The translations under genes and the position numbers were made by a program. A DNA stretch of 64,000 nucleotides from Methanobacteriota archaeon (lineage in GTDB: Archaea > Thermoplasmatota > Poseidoniia > Poseidoniales > Poseidoniaceae), in NCBI GenBank assembly GCA_002718195.1, contig PBDU01000011.1, forward strand, positions 91,927 through 155,926, given 5' to 3'. Shown here piece by piece: positions 29,235 through 39,709 of this stretch (position 1 is the stretch's first letter; every line of letters begins with the position of its first letter). A model generated the notes under the pieces. That model searched no databases. It saw only the letters and a program-made list of their open reading frames with translations, and was not told where the DNA came from.

Positions 29235-29307
29235 TAGTCCCTCCCGGATTCGAACCGGGGTCGAAGGAACCAGAATCCTTCATGATGGACCTCTACACTA
29301 AGGGACT
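29235..29307 (-). tRNA. tRNA-Gln (anticodon CUG), archaeal type
   Basis: Reverse complement gives AGTCCCT-TA-GTGTAGAGGTCCATCAT-G-AAGGA-TTCTGGT-TCCTT-CGAC-CCCGG-TTCGAAT-CCGGG-AGGGACT-A. It has a 7-bp acceptor, an anticodon loop with U33 and CUG, a T-loop TTCGAAT and discriminator A. The D-arm GUGUAG.GG..AUCAU matches archaeal tRNA-Gln. No encoded CCA. Confidence 0.85.
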
Positions 29308-29412
29308 GTTATTTTAGGGCGGTGCTATATTATTCTTGAACTAAACGGTCATAAATGCTCACGAAAAATCCGAATAGTGATGTTCATAGGTTGCTGACAT
29401 TTGGGTTTGAAT

Positions 29413-32082
29413 ATGACAGAGAACGACCCCTTCAAAGCAAGAAGAGAACTTGGTGAATTAGGGACTTATTTCGCGCTAGATGCACTTGATGAAGCGGGGA
29501 TTGACACTTCAACTCTGCCTTATTCCATCCGTGTATTATTGGAAGGTGCACTCAGGAATTTGGATGGTTTCCTGATTAGTGAAGATGACGTTAAAGGTAT
29601 TGCGACATGGACTGCAGATGGTGAAAGAGGAGAGATTCCATTTAGACCTAGCAGAGTAATTTTGCAGGATTTCACTGGAGTGCCTGCAGTAGTCGATTTA
29701 GCAGCTTTGAGGGATGCAATGGTCGAGATGGGTGGAGATGCTAGCAAAGTGAACCCGCAAGTTCCAGTGGATTTGGTAATTGACCACTCGGTTCAAGTGG
29801 ATGTTTCAGGTGCGGATCCAAATGCATTAGATTTGAATTTAGATATTGAATATTATAGGAATATGGAGAGGTATAAGTTCTTGAAGTGGGGGCAGAAATC
29901 ACTTCAAAACTTTAGCGCTGTACCTCCTTCTAGGGGAATTGTGCACCAAATAAATCTTGAATATCTTGCCAGTGTAGCAAGACAAGAAGACGGCGTTTGG
30001 TTGGCTGATTCCTTAGTAGGAACAGACTCTCACACGACTATGATTAATGGCTTAGGTGTCCTTGGTTGGGGTGTAGGAGGAATCGAAGCAGAGGCTGTAA
30101 TGCTTGGTCAACCAATCTACATGCTTTCACCTGATGTTGTTGGGGTTCGTTTGGTTGGTGAAATGAAATCAGGAGTAACCGCAACAGACCTAACCTTGAG
30201 AATTGTAGAAATGCTCAGAGAGGTTGGTGTAGTCGGTAGATTTGTAGAATTCTTCGGAGAAGGTATGGCAAAACTTTCCCTGGCGGATAGGGCAACTATT
30301 GCAAACATGGCACCTGAATACGGGGCAACATGTGGTTTCTTCCCAGTAGATGGAAAGACGTTGGATTATCTGCGATTGAGCGGAAGAGAAGAGGACGCAA
30401 TTGCAGGTGTTGAGGCATTCACGAAGGCACAGGGACTTTGGTATGATCCAAATGCGGCTGAGAAATCATACACTACCCTTTTGGAATTGGATATGAGCAC
30501 AGTAAATGCTGCCATGGCAGGACCAAAAAGACCTCAAGACAGGGTAGAATTATCGGATATGGTTCCACACTTCAAAAAATCCCTAACACATGAGTTGGGA
30601 CTACACGGGCACGGTCTGAGTGAACAAGATTTAGTCAACGGAGCAATTGTTGAAGATGAAAATGGTGTATACGACTTGAACCATGGTGATGTTGTCATCG
30701 CTGCGATTACATCTTGTACTAACACCTCAAACCCAGGGGTTATGCTTGCGGCTGGGTTACTTGCAAGAAATGCGAGACTCAGAGGATTGGCGGTTAAACC
30801 GTGGGTGAAAACCTCACTTGCTCCTGGAAGCAGAGTTGTCACGGAATATTATGAGGCAAATGGTCTGGATGAGGACTTGAATGCCCTTGGATTCAACACG
30901 GTTGGTTATGGATGTACTACTTGCATTGGTAACTCAGGTCCCTTACCCGAGAAGATTGAATCGGCAATCGATGAAGCAAATCTAATCGTTGGGTCTGTAA
31001 TTTCGGGTAACAGAAATTTCGAGGGCAGAGTACACGGTAAAGTCAAAGCATCCTATCTTGCAAGTCCTCCTTTGGTGGTAGCATATGCCATTGCCGGTTC
31101 GCTTGAGATCGATTTAACCACTCAGCCTCTCGGAAAGGACAACAACGGAAATCCGGTTTCTCTTTCAGATATATGGCCGACTGATGAACAATTGCAAGAG
31201 GCTCTTTCAGCAATTACTCCTCAAATGTTTAGAGACAGATATGCAGATGTAATGAATGAGGATAAATGGAATGCAATCGAAAGTGAGCAATCTCCGCTTT
31301 ATGGTTGGGAAGATGATTCAACTTACATACGCCTGCCGACTTTCTTCTCAGGATTATCCGCGCAACCTGAACCAATCTCAGCCATTAACGATGCAAGAGT
31401 ACTGCTGAAACTTGGAGATTCCATTACCACGGACCATATTTCGCCGGCTGGCTCAATTATTCCAGATGGTCCAGCAGGAATTTGGCTGCAAGAAAATGGA
31501 GTCTCAGAATCTGACTTCAATTCATTCGGAAGCAGAAGAGGAAACCATGAGGTGATGATGAGAGGAACATTTGCTAACGTAAGGATAAGAAATCAACTTG
31601 CTCCAGGCACCGAGGGTGGTTTCTCAATAGATCATGACACTGGAGAAGTAGTATCTGTTTACGAAGCAGCACAACGATATGATGGACCAAAGGTGGTCCT
31701 TGCCGGCTCTCAATACGGGACCGGCTCTAGTAGAGATTGGGCAGCTAAAGGAACTTACTTACTGGGAGTAGAGGCTGTTATTGCAACCTCTTACGAACGA
31801 ATTCACCGCTCGAATCTTGTCGGAATGGGTGTACTTCCATTGACATTTATGGATGGCGAATCACACGAATCTTTGGGACTTGATGGTTCAGAAAAATTCA
31901 ACATTCCAGTAGATGATTCTGTATTACCTTTGCAGAATATTACTGTGACTGCATCCCGAAAAGATGGGTCAACACTTCAATTTGAAGCGCAAGTGAGGCT
32001 AGACACGCCTGTCGAGGTAGAGTACTATCGCAATGGTGGAATTCTACACACCGTACTCAGGCAGATGGCAAGTGAGAATTAA
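29413..32082 (+). CDS. acnA: Aconitate hydratase A (AcnA / IRP-like aconitase)
   Basis: SRVILQDFTGVPAVVDLAALR, the cluster-ligand region ITSCTNTSNP, GCTTCIGNSG, and the swivel-domain SR motif region. The first ATG is at 29413 (MTENDP); the TTG at 29401 is less likely. Confidence 0.9.
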   Translation: MTENDPFKARRELGELGTYFALDALDEAGIDTSTLPYSIRVLLEGALRNLDGFLISEDDVKGIATWTADGERGEIPFRPSRVILQDFTGVPAVVDLAALRDAMVEMGGDASKVNPQVPVDLVIDHSVQVDVSGADPNALDLNLDIEYYRNMERYKFLKWGQKSLQNFSAVPPSRGIVHQINLEYLASVARQEDGVWLADSLVGTDSHTTMINGLGVLGWGVGGIEAEAVMLGQPIYMLSPDVVGVRLVGEMKSGVTATDLTLRIVEMLREVGVVGRFVEFFGEGMAKLSLADRATIANMAPEYGATCGFFPVDGKTLDYLRLSGREEDAIAGVEAFTKAQGLWYDPNAAEKSYTTLLELDMSTVNAAMAGPKRPQDRVELSDMVPHFKKSLTHELGLHGHGLSEQDLVNGAIVEDENGVYDLNHGDVVIAAITSCTNTSNPGVMLAAGLLARNARLRGLAVKPWVKTSLAPGSRVVTEYYEANGLDEDLNALGFNTVGYGCTTCIGNSGPLPEKIESAIDEANLIVGSVISGNRNFEGRVHGKVKASYLASPPLVVAYAIAGSLEIDLTTQPLGKDNNGNPVSLSDIWPTDEQLQEALSAITPQMFRDRYADVMNEDKWNAIESEQSPLYGWEDDSTYIRLPTFFSGLSAQPEPISAINDARVLLKLGDSITTDHISPAGSIIPDGPAGIWLQENGVSESDFNSFGSRRGNHEVMMRGTFANVRIRNQLAPGTEGGFSIDHDTGEVVSVYEAAQRYDGPKVVLAGSQYGTGSSRDWAAKGTYLLGVEAVIATSYERIHRSNLVGMGVLPLTFMDGESHESLGLDGSEKFNIPVDDSVLPLQNITVTASRKDGSTLQFEAQVRLDTPVEVEYYRNGGILHTVLRQMASEN

Positions 32083-32126
32083 TCTTCGAATCGCCAACTT
32101 GAATACAATGAAGTTTCAGCAGTGCT

Positions 32127-32804
32127 TTGATGGCGAGACTTAGAGGGGTAGTTCGTTATCGATTCAAAGATGAAGATGGCGACCTAAATGTCGTAATCGA
32201 AGGGGATGCAGATTGGGTTGAATCCAAAGTTCAGCAACTAGGTTTGAGCGATGTAGGTTTCACAATGCCAATCGGTACCGCTACATTCGCCTCTAATTTA
32301 TCAGATGTTTCAAAAGAAAAAGCAAAGAAAAATTCACGCAAGGTTGAACTTGAGCCTCTTGGCGATAAACCGCAAGATATGGGCCCTACTCCAGACCCAT
32401 CTTCAATCCCCGTTGTTAGAAGACCGATAGGCGAATTAAACATCGAGGAAGCGATTGCACAAGCTGGTTTGACTAGACCAGAACGTCCTGACCCAATCGA
32501 CTTGATGGATATGCTCGAAGAGGCAGATGAGCCAAGACCTGTTCAATCTTCGATAAGTGTGGACCCAATGGGTGAGGCTTGGCTAAGATTGCTGATGGAA
32601 ATAGTTGTTCGAGAATATGGCTCCACGGCTTTGGCCACTGAAGTCATAGAGGAAGTCGCAGGGTCAAAAATGGGCAACAAGTCAAGGCTAGAATTAGATG
32701 TCTGGCTGGATTCATTATTCAAGCAAGGTAAGCTGGTAAAAGTCCACGGAGGCGATGCCGTTGGATGGGGTCCTTCTCCAAGGTGGCTTCAAGGAAAAAT
32801 CTGA
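32127..32804 (+). CDS. Hypothetical protein, 225 aa, acidic
   Basis: ORF with consistent codon usage and no recognisable motif. Lies between acnA and giant protein 2. Confidence 0.4.
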   Translation: MMARLRGVVRYRFKDEDGDLNVVIEGDADWVESKVQQLGLSDVGFTMPIGTATFASNLSDVSKEKAKKNSRKVELEPLGDKPQDMGPTPDPSSIPVVRRPIGELNIEEAIAQAGLTRPERPDPIDLMDMLEEADEPRPVQSSISVDPMGEAWLRLLMEIVVREYGSTALATEVIEEVAGSKMGNKSRLELDVWLDSLFKQGKLVKVHGGDAVGWGPSPRWLQGKI

Positions 32805-32966
32805 CACTGAAATTTGTGCATTAATCCTTGATTTTTGAAATAATATTCGAGTTGTTTTTTACTCACTGAAATATTTGACAATCGAAGCACTGAGCGGTCC
32901 TTTGAAATGAAACTCACAATCATTCTTCCAAAGGTGTTAAAGTGCAATGGTGACTCGCTAAGATGA

Positions 32967-35900
32967 GTGATGTTAATGCTGTCTAATAACAATCATCAAA
33001 ATAAAGCCCGAAGTTTACTACTTGTAATGATAATGGTCTTGAGCACAACTGTTGCAATTGCTGGTACTGGAAGTGCATCTATTGCCCGTTCTTACACCAC
33101 GCAAAAAGACCCTCTTGACATCGCAATAGCAGATTTCAACTGTGATGGTCACAACGATATGGCTATCGCTACCGATGGAACGCACACAATTACTGTTTTG
33201 TGGAACGATGGTAACGGAGACTTTTCAGAAAGGTCCGATATTTGGGTTTCAGGAAACAACTCAAGAAGGGCAAACTGGGATGAATTCTCAAATGTCCAGG
33301 AAATAGAAGTCGGAGAATTCACCGGAGACAGCGCTCCAGACATTGTAATTTATCAAAGAAACAACCCTTTCAAAACCGATGACAGCGGTGCTCCAGCAGG
33401 TGAGCCTGGTAACGCTACAATTATCGAAAACGATGGATGCAGCACAAAATCATTCAGCGTTGGAGCTAGATTCACTCACTTTTGGGTTTGGGATCTCAAG
33501 GTAGGAGACTTCAACGGTGATGGAAATGATGACGTAGCAGTTCTTGACCTGCTTGCAGATATCGACAACCAAAGAGTAGTCGTATACAACGGACCAGTTA
33601 CAAGTTCATCTCAAGGACAAATCACTGCTCTAGGTTCTGCTAGAACAAATTCTTACAGAGCCTTCGATATTGGAGACTGGGGAGAATCTCAACCCTCTCC
33701 ACTAGGCTCTTGCTTCGATGAAGACTTGTGGCTTCTGAGAAGCGAGGGTGTTGACTACAGCACAGGGCAAACAACAAACCCCGGAAAGGATGACAACGTC
33801 ACAATCATCGAGTATAACTGTAACACAAACTCATTCCCAACAACTTTCACATTCAATCAACAAAGTCCACCAATCAACTCCCACGTTGTCACAATGGACA
33901 ACGACTTCGGTGGTTTTGATATCGGAGACTCGGATAATGATGGTGTAATCGATGTAATCGCTCAGACCGATGGCAACGTGGAAAACGTGACATATGTCAC
34001 TTCTTCGGCAGTTGGGACCTGGTCTTCGAAATCATATGCCTACTTCGGACCTTACATCGCTTATGAGGTTACAGTTGCTGATATCAACGGAGACGGTGAG
34101 CCTGATTTCGCATCACCAACAGTTGCATACCAACTGAATTCATCAGACTCAGCTGGTGGTTCTTCATCTTCCTATTATCTTAATTTCCCAACAACTGTGC
34201 AAGTTACACTCTCTGATGGGTCTGGAGGGCACGTGAATCCTCTATCCTACCAAGCAGGAAGAAGACCTTCAATGGTTGCTGTTGGGCAACTAGCGGGTGG
34301 CTCTTCCTCTGCAGTTGATTTGGCAGTAGGGCACACTTCCTACAACTTCGGAAGCTGGGTTGATAACTTCGGATGGGAAGGACAATATGACACAATCACA
34401 GTTGTTGAAATGGATAACAAAGATTTGTCAGTAACTGGATTGGAAATTTCTCCAGTCGACCGTCTTTTCGGAATTGCTGGTGAAGGAACCAGAGATTTGA
34501 ACGTTACAGTAACCAACACAGGTATGGATATCCTCAACGGACAATCAGCAACGCTTGATGTTGAACTGAAGATTGTGGACGAGGCTAACTCTACCAACAC
34601 AACGGTTTACAGCAATGATTTCGATGGCAACGTAGACTCTACTAACTGCCCATCTTGTGTCTGGGAATATTATGAGTACATTGATGGCGCAACCCAATGG
34701 CACCTAGAGTCCAACCAATCCACTGGAGCAACCACAGAAGGTAACAACGCTCCAAACGTATCTGCTAACTACATCAATCCTACTGATTTCATGTGGGCTG
34801 GAAATTACAAAACAAACTCCAGCGGAGACGTATGGTCAGGATATGATAACAACTGGGACGATTCAATGGTCCTAGAAAACGTAGATTTGACAGGATCTGA
34901 CAGAGCATTCATGTCCGTTGACTTGTTTAGACACCTTGGTTTTGGTGCGCTAGGTAACAGCGATGGTCAAGGATTTATTGTTCAAGATGTCTGGGATGAT
35001 CTTGCTATCGTCGAGGTAGGTTCAGTAGAATCTGGATGGAGCGTTATCGGCTGTCCAACCCAAGCCCAACTTGATGGAGCATGCCCTTCAGGCTCTTCTA
35101 TCTGGGGTGGATTTGACGGAGACAGGGCAGCAAAAGCACAGTTCGGAGCGGCTCCTGAGAACATCGTTTATTACGGCGTGTGGCAATTTGGAACATACTA
35201 TGGATGGGACAACTTCACTGAGCAAGACCTTGGGGCGTTTGACCTATCTCAATGGGCTGGAGAGACAGTAGACGTTAGATTCAGATTTAGAACAGGATTC
35301 GAGGGGTCAACAACTGACTCCAACGAGTCAAGATGGACTGGAAGAGACGGTTTCGCAGTCGATGATGTCGAGATTTGGAAGCAAACAACATCTTTCTTCC
35401 CTAACCCTCAAACCCAACAAGTACAAATCAACCTAAACAACCTTGCACCAGGAGAGGAATATACAACAAGTGCAAGCGTCAACCTAGTTAATGACACAAC
35501 ATACAGAGTATCTGCAAGTTTGTCTAGTAACGCATGGGATGAACAACCACTGAACGATGAACTAGTTGGTTATTTGACACCATTCAACCTATATGACCCT
35601 GCTATGGAAGGATACAGCACCTTCCTTCCGGGTCAGTTGTATGCTGAGGGAATATTTGACATAGAAGTTCAAACAAACAATTGGGGTAATACTCCAGTTG
35701 ACTTCCAAATCAACTCAACAGTATCCTCCGCTACTCCAAGCGATGTTTACTGTGGAACACCCTCTGCAGTTTGTGAAGAAACATTCGAAGGCGGTTCTGA
35801 AGGTTACAGATATTCAGATGACGGCAACCCACAAGGAGCAGTTTATGATGAATCTGCATGTACTGATAAGATCTTCAACAGTCATGGATACTGGTTTGGT

Positions 35901-38900
35901 CACCCTTGTGACACAGCAAACAATGGATATACCGATGATTGGGCTAATGAAACAATGACAATACCAGACATTGATTTGACAAGTATGTCAGGTGACTTCG
36001 TTTCCCTGAACTTCGAGTATTACGCTGACACCTTCTACACTATCGGCGTTGACGGAACATCCGTCGAGGATGTTAACGACTATGTTGCACTTACAGCTGA
36101 CTATTCAAGAGATGGAACTGATTACAATGCGGTTATCTTCGGTCAATGGAATGACTACAACGATGATGGTACATGTCAGATTGACGAGGACGGAAATGGA
36201 ATTGTCAACGCAACAGAGCCACTCGATCAAATTGAGCTTGAATTTATCGGAGATCCTTCTACAACTGATGGTACTGGTGGTAATTACAACGTTTTCTTCA
36301 ACACAGATGGACTTGTATCTTCGATCTCGCTTGATCTTACCCACCTGTATGTTCTAAACACAACCTCTGCCAGTTCGCTTGACTGGACAAGAGAGTGTAT
36401 CTCACTTGCTGGTTCAACTGTGAGTTTGAATTTCGAATTCCAATCTGACGATGATGGGAGAAACGGTGAGAACGACGGATTCCTAGGTGTTGGTTTCAAC
36501 AACATCACTCTGGAAGAATTTACGTTCACAGAGGACGCAACATACACAGTTACGAGAACAAATGTAGATGCTGAAGAAGTTGCTTCAACAATTGTTGGAT
36601 CACACGAATTCACTGCTGGCGTATACAGAATAGAAACAGAACTGTTCTTTGACAACACAACTGTCGGTAAGCCATGGTTTGGCGACAATGAGGTCTCAGT
36701 TGCAAATAATATCGAAAGAGTTCTATTCCGTGTAGAATCTGTTGACATTTCATTAGGAAGACCAGAGGTTCTATCCTGTATGAACGACGAGTCATTCCCA
36801 TGTACTCTGCCAATCGATAGTTCATTGACTCACGATTGGTCATTCTTTGCCACAAACGGAGTATTGGCTGGTGATTACACCTTCCACATGAACGTTGAAG
36901 ATATCACAGATTCTGCTAACCCAACAGACGTTCACTCAACAACATCGGGACCAAGTCAAACACTAGATTCTCAAGAAAGAGTCGAAGTTAGTTTCACTCC
37001 GTGGAATGGATGGCAAGATGGGCACACATACAACATCAGTTACTATGCGACACTTTCGGACGGTTCAGAATCAGGTAACGTTAGGTACTTCCACGCAACC
37101 TTTGCTGACAAGATTGATATTGCAATCCTGAGTGATGATTCTTCCCGTGTCAACACTATCAAAGACGACATGGAAATTCTTGGAATGACATACACGCTTT
37201 ACGAGATTAAGGATTGGAATGAATACCTAGACGGAGGATGGATGACCCATTACGATAAGATTATCCTGCCATGGCAGTCATCTCTTGCAGCAAGAGATAT
37301 CGATGACGGTGGAAAGGGATACTATCAAGCACTAGGAAATACCCAGAACAGACAAATTTTGGAAGGATTCATGCAAGCTGGCGGAACAGTACAGATGCAC
37401 CTTGCACCTCACGGTTCAGCCATCTATGGTCTTGATCAAGGACTAGAAGGAAGGCTACCGTTCGGTATCGATGTTCAAAACAGGGACACTCCAGAGACTT
37501 CAATCTCATACGCAGATATGAACCTACAAGACCCATATCACCCACTTATGGATAATGTGGAAGTATCCTCCTTCCAAGGATTTACAGTCGCTAATGCGGT
37601 TGTAAACACCAAGTCTGTATCTGCAACAGCAGTTCCAATGGTATGTAATGGATATAGCGAAAACGGTGGTTACTTCCAAAGAATTATCTCAGATGCAGAT
37701 GACAACCAAGATACAGTTCTTGGTGTATGTTCATACTACAACGGCGGATTGATTCTATCAACTATTGACGTTGCCACTGTTTCTCAAAGAGCAGACAGTA
37801 GTACCTTCCCTCTACTAGGAAACATGCTAGATTACCAAGTAACTCCTTATCCAACTGGATTTGGAACACTCGGCAATGGACTTGATTTGAAAATTAACGA
37901 TGAAAACCTTGCAATTGATCCATCCACTGGTGGTTACGCATTGAGATACATGAAATCCAATGCAGAATTGACTTTCTCATACACCACTACTACAACTGAG
38001 CCACTTACAGCTAACTGGGTATTAGATGGACCAACTACTTGGAGCGGAGAAGCAACAACTGGTACCAGCACACAAACTGGTGATACGGTAACTTCAACAT
38101 TCTGTCAAGTCGACTTATCAGAAGCAACAGGATGTAGAACTGATGCAGAGTGGAATGTCCAACTGATTCTACACGACGCTGCTGGGCACTCAAGAACAAT
38201 TGATGTCAATGTTAGAACCAATGACGTCTACGCAGATGAGTTCAGACCAACTGCTTCAGCGGTTGTCATCACAGACGGACAAGAAGACATAATCGAGCAG
38301 ATCGATACCAAGACTGTAAGCGATGTTGAATGGGATGTTTACCAAATCACGATGGATGATACAGGAGCAGTACAAGTTAACTTTGACGCGAGCGCTTCTT
38401 CCGACCAGGATGCAATAGACGGATCTGGAATTGAAACATACGAATGGAAGGTATTGTATGACGCACCATACGGTGATGATTCCTTTGATCTCCAAGGACA
38501 CACCTTTACTGAAGGTGCTGCTTCAAACGGAGACTGGACATACATATTCTCCAACGTAACTTCTGATTCTACTGGTGAGGTAAGAAACCAAATCAGAGTA
38601 GAGCTGATTGTTTACGATGGCGCTGGTAAGTTCTCTGACAAATTCAGATTCTACTTTGAGGTAGTACCAGAAGGCTATGGTGATGAAGAACCAGTCGTTC
38701 AAATCGATACTACACTAAATGGTTCACAATTCACATCAGATACTTTGACAATCACTGGAAACGTAATCTCCGGTGCTGAAACACAGCAGGATGTTTACGT
38801 AGAGATTGCGTTTGACGAAGATAACTTCAATGCAAATCCACTTGACAAGTACACCTACCAACAAGAGGGAATCTGGGCAAAGACCACTGATGGTCTAAGC

Positions 38901-39641
38901 GATGGGGACTCCTTTGAGTTAACTCTAGATATGGATGGTTTCTACTCTAACGTCAGCCAATCTCAAAACGTTTACATCAAGATTTACGAGGAAGATCCAG
39001 CAGACGGTAGAGGAGAGAGATGGGTAACTATCAAGTTCATCTCCTTACAATTGCCTGCATGTCAAGGATTGCAAGCAGATGCGGCTGCTATTGAAGCAGG
39101 CGGAGAGTTCGTAATCGTTGATGGAGAATGTGTCTGGGAAGGAGTATGGAGCTATGACCCAGAAACTGGAGAATGGACTCCTCCAGCAACTACTGGCGAC
39201 GGAAATGAAGGCGAGAGTGGTTTGAGTACTACTATACTTGTCGTAATTGCCGGAATTGGTGGTTTACTACTCGTTGGTATCATTCTGTTCTTCCTTAGAG
39301 GTGGATCCAGTGACGAGAAAGACTTCGTTGACCTCGCTGGTGCTGGATTTGGAGCAGCTCAACTTGACCCAGTAGAGCAATATGTCCAACAATTAATCGC
39401 TCAAGGATATCCAGAGGATACAGCAAGGGCTTATGCGCAGCAAAATGCTGCACAACTCGGTCTTGCCTCTGCAGCATCGGCAGCGCCAGCCCAAGCGGCA
39501 GCCCCTGCCGGCAGTGGTAATGCGATGTATGATCAGTATTATGCCCAATATTACCAGCAATTCGTTGCTCAAGGCTATGATGCGGCTACAGCCCAGCAAT
39601 ACGCTGCGCAGTATGCCCAACAGGCATTACAACAACAATAG
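32967..39641 (+). CDS. Giant cell-surface protein 2, 2224 aa: signal peptide, FG-GAP/VCBS-like repeats, multiple beta-rich domains, C-terminal TM helix and an A/Q/Y-rich cytoplasmic tail
   Basis: Signal/TM LLLVMIMVLSTTVAIAG. FG-GAP/VCBS-like DFNCDGHNDMAIATDG, GDFNGDGNDDVAVLD, VADINGDGEPDFASP. C-terminal TM LSTTILVVIAGIGGLLLVGIILFFL. The tail has two AQGY....A.aYAQQ repeats and ends AQQYAAQYAQQALQQQ. Confidence 0.85.
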   Translation: MMLMLSNNNHQNKARSLLLVMIMVLSTTVAIAGTGSASIARSYTTQKDPLDIAIADFNCDGHNDMAIATDGTHTITVLWNDGNGDFSERSDIWVSGNNSRRANWDEFSNVQEIEVGEFTGDSAPDIVIYQRNNPFKTDDSGAPAGEPGNATIIENDGCSTKSFSVGARFTHFWVWDLKVGDFNGDGNDDVAVLDLLADIDNQRVVVYNGPVTSSSQGQITALGSARTNSYRAFDIGDWGESQPSPLGSCFDEDLWLLRSEGVDYSTGQTTNPGKDDNVTIIEYNCNTNSFPTTFTFNQQSPPINSHVVTMDNDFGGFDIGDSDNDGVIDVIAQTDGNVENVTYVTSSAVGTWSSKSYAYFGPYIAYEVTVADINGDGEPDFASPTVAYQLNSSDSAGGSSSSYYLNFPTTVQVTLSDGSGGHVNPLSYQAGRRPSMVAVGQLAGGSSSAVDLAVGHTSYNFGSWVDNFGWEGQYDTITVVEMDNKDLSVTGLEISPVDRLFGIAGEGTRDLNVTVTNTGMDILNGQSATLDVELKIVDEANSTNTTVYSNDFDGNVDSTNCPSCVWEYYEYIDGATQWHLESNQSTGATTEGNNAPNVSANYINPTDFMWAGNYKTNSSGDVWSGYDNNWDDSMVLENVDLTGSDRAFMSVDLFRHLGFGALGNSDGQGFIVQDVWDDLAIVEVGSVESGWSVIGCPTQAQLDGACPSGSSIWGGFDGDRAAKAQFGAAPENIVYYGVWQFGTYYGWDNFTEQDLGAFDLSQWAGETVDVRFRFRTGFEGSTTDSNESRWTGRDGFAVDDVEIWKQTTSFFPNPQTQQVQINLNNLAPGEEYTTSASVNLVNDTTYRVSASLSSNAWDEQPLNDELVGYLTPFNLYDPAMEGYSTFLPGQLYAEGIFDIEVQTNNWGNTPVDFQINSTVSSATPSDVYCGTPSAVCEETFEGGSEGYRYSDDGNPQGAVYDESACTDKIFNSHGYWFGHPCDTANNGYTDDWANETMTIPDIDLTSMSGDFVSLNFEYYADTFYTIGVDGTSVEDVNDYVALTADYSRDGTDYNAVIFGQWNDYNDDGTCQIDEDGNGIVNATEPLDQIELEFIGDPSTTDGTGGNYNVFFNTDGLVSSISLDLTHLYVLNTTSASSLDWTRECISLAGSTVSLNFEFQSDDDGRNGENDGFLGVGFNNITLEEFTFTEDATYTVTRTNVDAEEVASTIVGSHEFTAGVYRIETELFFDNTTVGKPWFGDNEVSVANNIERVLFRVESVDISLGRPEVLSCMNDESFPCTLPIDSSLTHDWSFFATNGVLAGDYTFHMNVEDITDSANPTDVHSTTSGPSQTLDSQERVEVSFTPWNGWQDGHTYNISYYATLSDGSESGNVRYFHATFADKIDIAILSDDSSRVNTIKDDMEILGMTYTLYEIKDWNEYLDGGWMTHYDKIILPWQSSLAARDIDDGGKGYYQALGNTQNRQILEGFMQAGGTVQMHLAPHGSAIYGLDQGLEGRLPFGIDVQNRDTPETSISYADMNLQDPYHPLMDNVEVSSFQGFTVANAVVNTKSVSATAVPMVCNGYSENGGYFQRIISDADDNQDTVLGVCSYYNGGLILSTIDVATVSQRADSSTFPLLGNMLDYQVTPYPTGFGTLGNGLDLKINDENLAIDPSTGGYALRYMKSNAELTFSYTTTTTEPLTANWVLDGPTTWSGEATTGTSTQTGDTVTSTFCQVDLSEATGCRTDAEWNVQLILHDAAGHSRTIDVNVRTNDVYADEFRPTASAVVITDGQEDIIEQIDTKTVSDVEWDVYQITMDDTGAVQVNFDASASSDQDAIDGSGIETYEWKVLYDAPYGDDSFDLQGHTFTEGAASNGDWTYIFSNVTSDSTGEVRNQIRVELIVYDGAGKFSDKFRFYFEVVPEGYGDEEPVVQIDTTLNGSQFTSDTLTITGNVISGAETQQDVYVEIAFDEDNFNANPLDKYTYQQEGIWAKTTDGLSDGDSFELTLDMDGFYSNVSQSQNVYIKIYEEDPADGRGERWVTIKFISLQLPACQGLQADAAAIEAGGEFVIVDGECVWEGVWSYDPETGEWTPPATTGDGNEGESGLSTTILVVIAGIGGLLLVGIILFFLRGGSSDEKDFVDLAGAGFGAAQLDPVEQYVQQLIAQGYPEDTARAYAQQNAAQLGLASAASAAPAQAAAPAGSGNAMYDQYYAQYYQQFVAQGYDAATAQQYAAQYAQQALQQQ

Positions 39642-39709
39642 CCAATAGAAGCCTAGGTTTCTATTGTAGGATAATGCCTGCAAGGGCTTAAAAGCCACTG
39701 GCAAGGGCG

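Noticed and set aside
29226-29400. Possible integrated element or attachment site at tRNA-Gln
   Set aside because: No integrase, excisionase or direct repeat of the tRNA 3' end is seen. The flanking genes are core metabolism (korAB, acnA).
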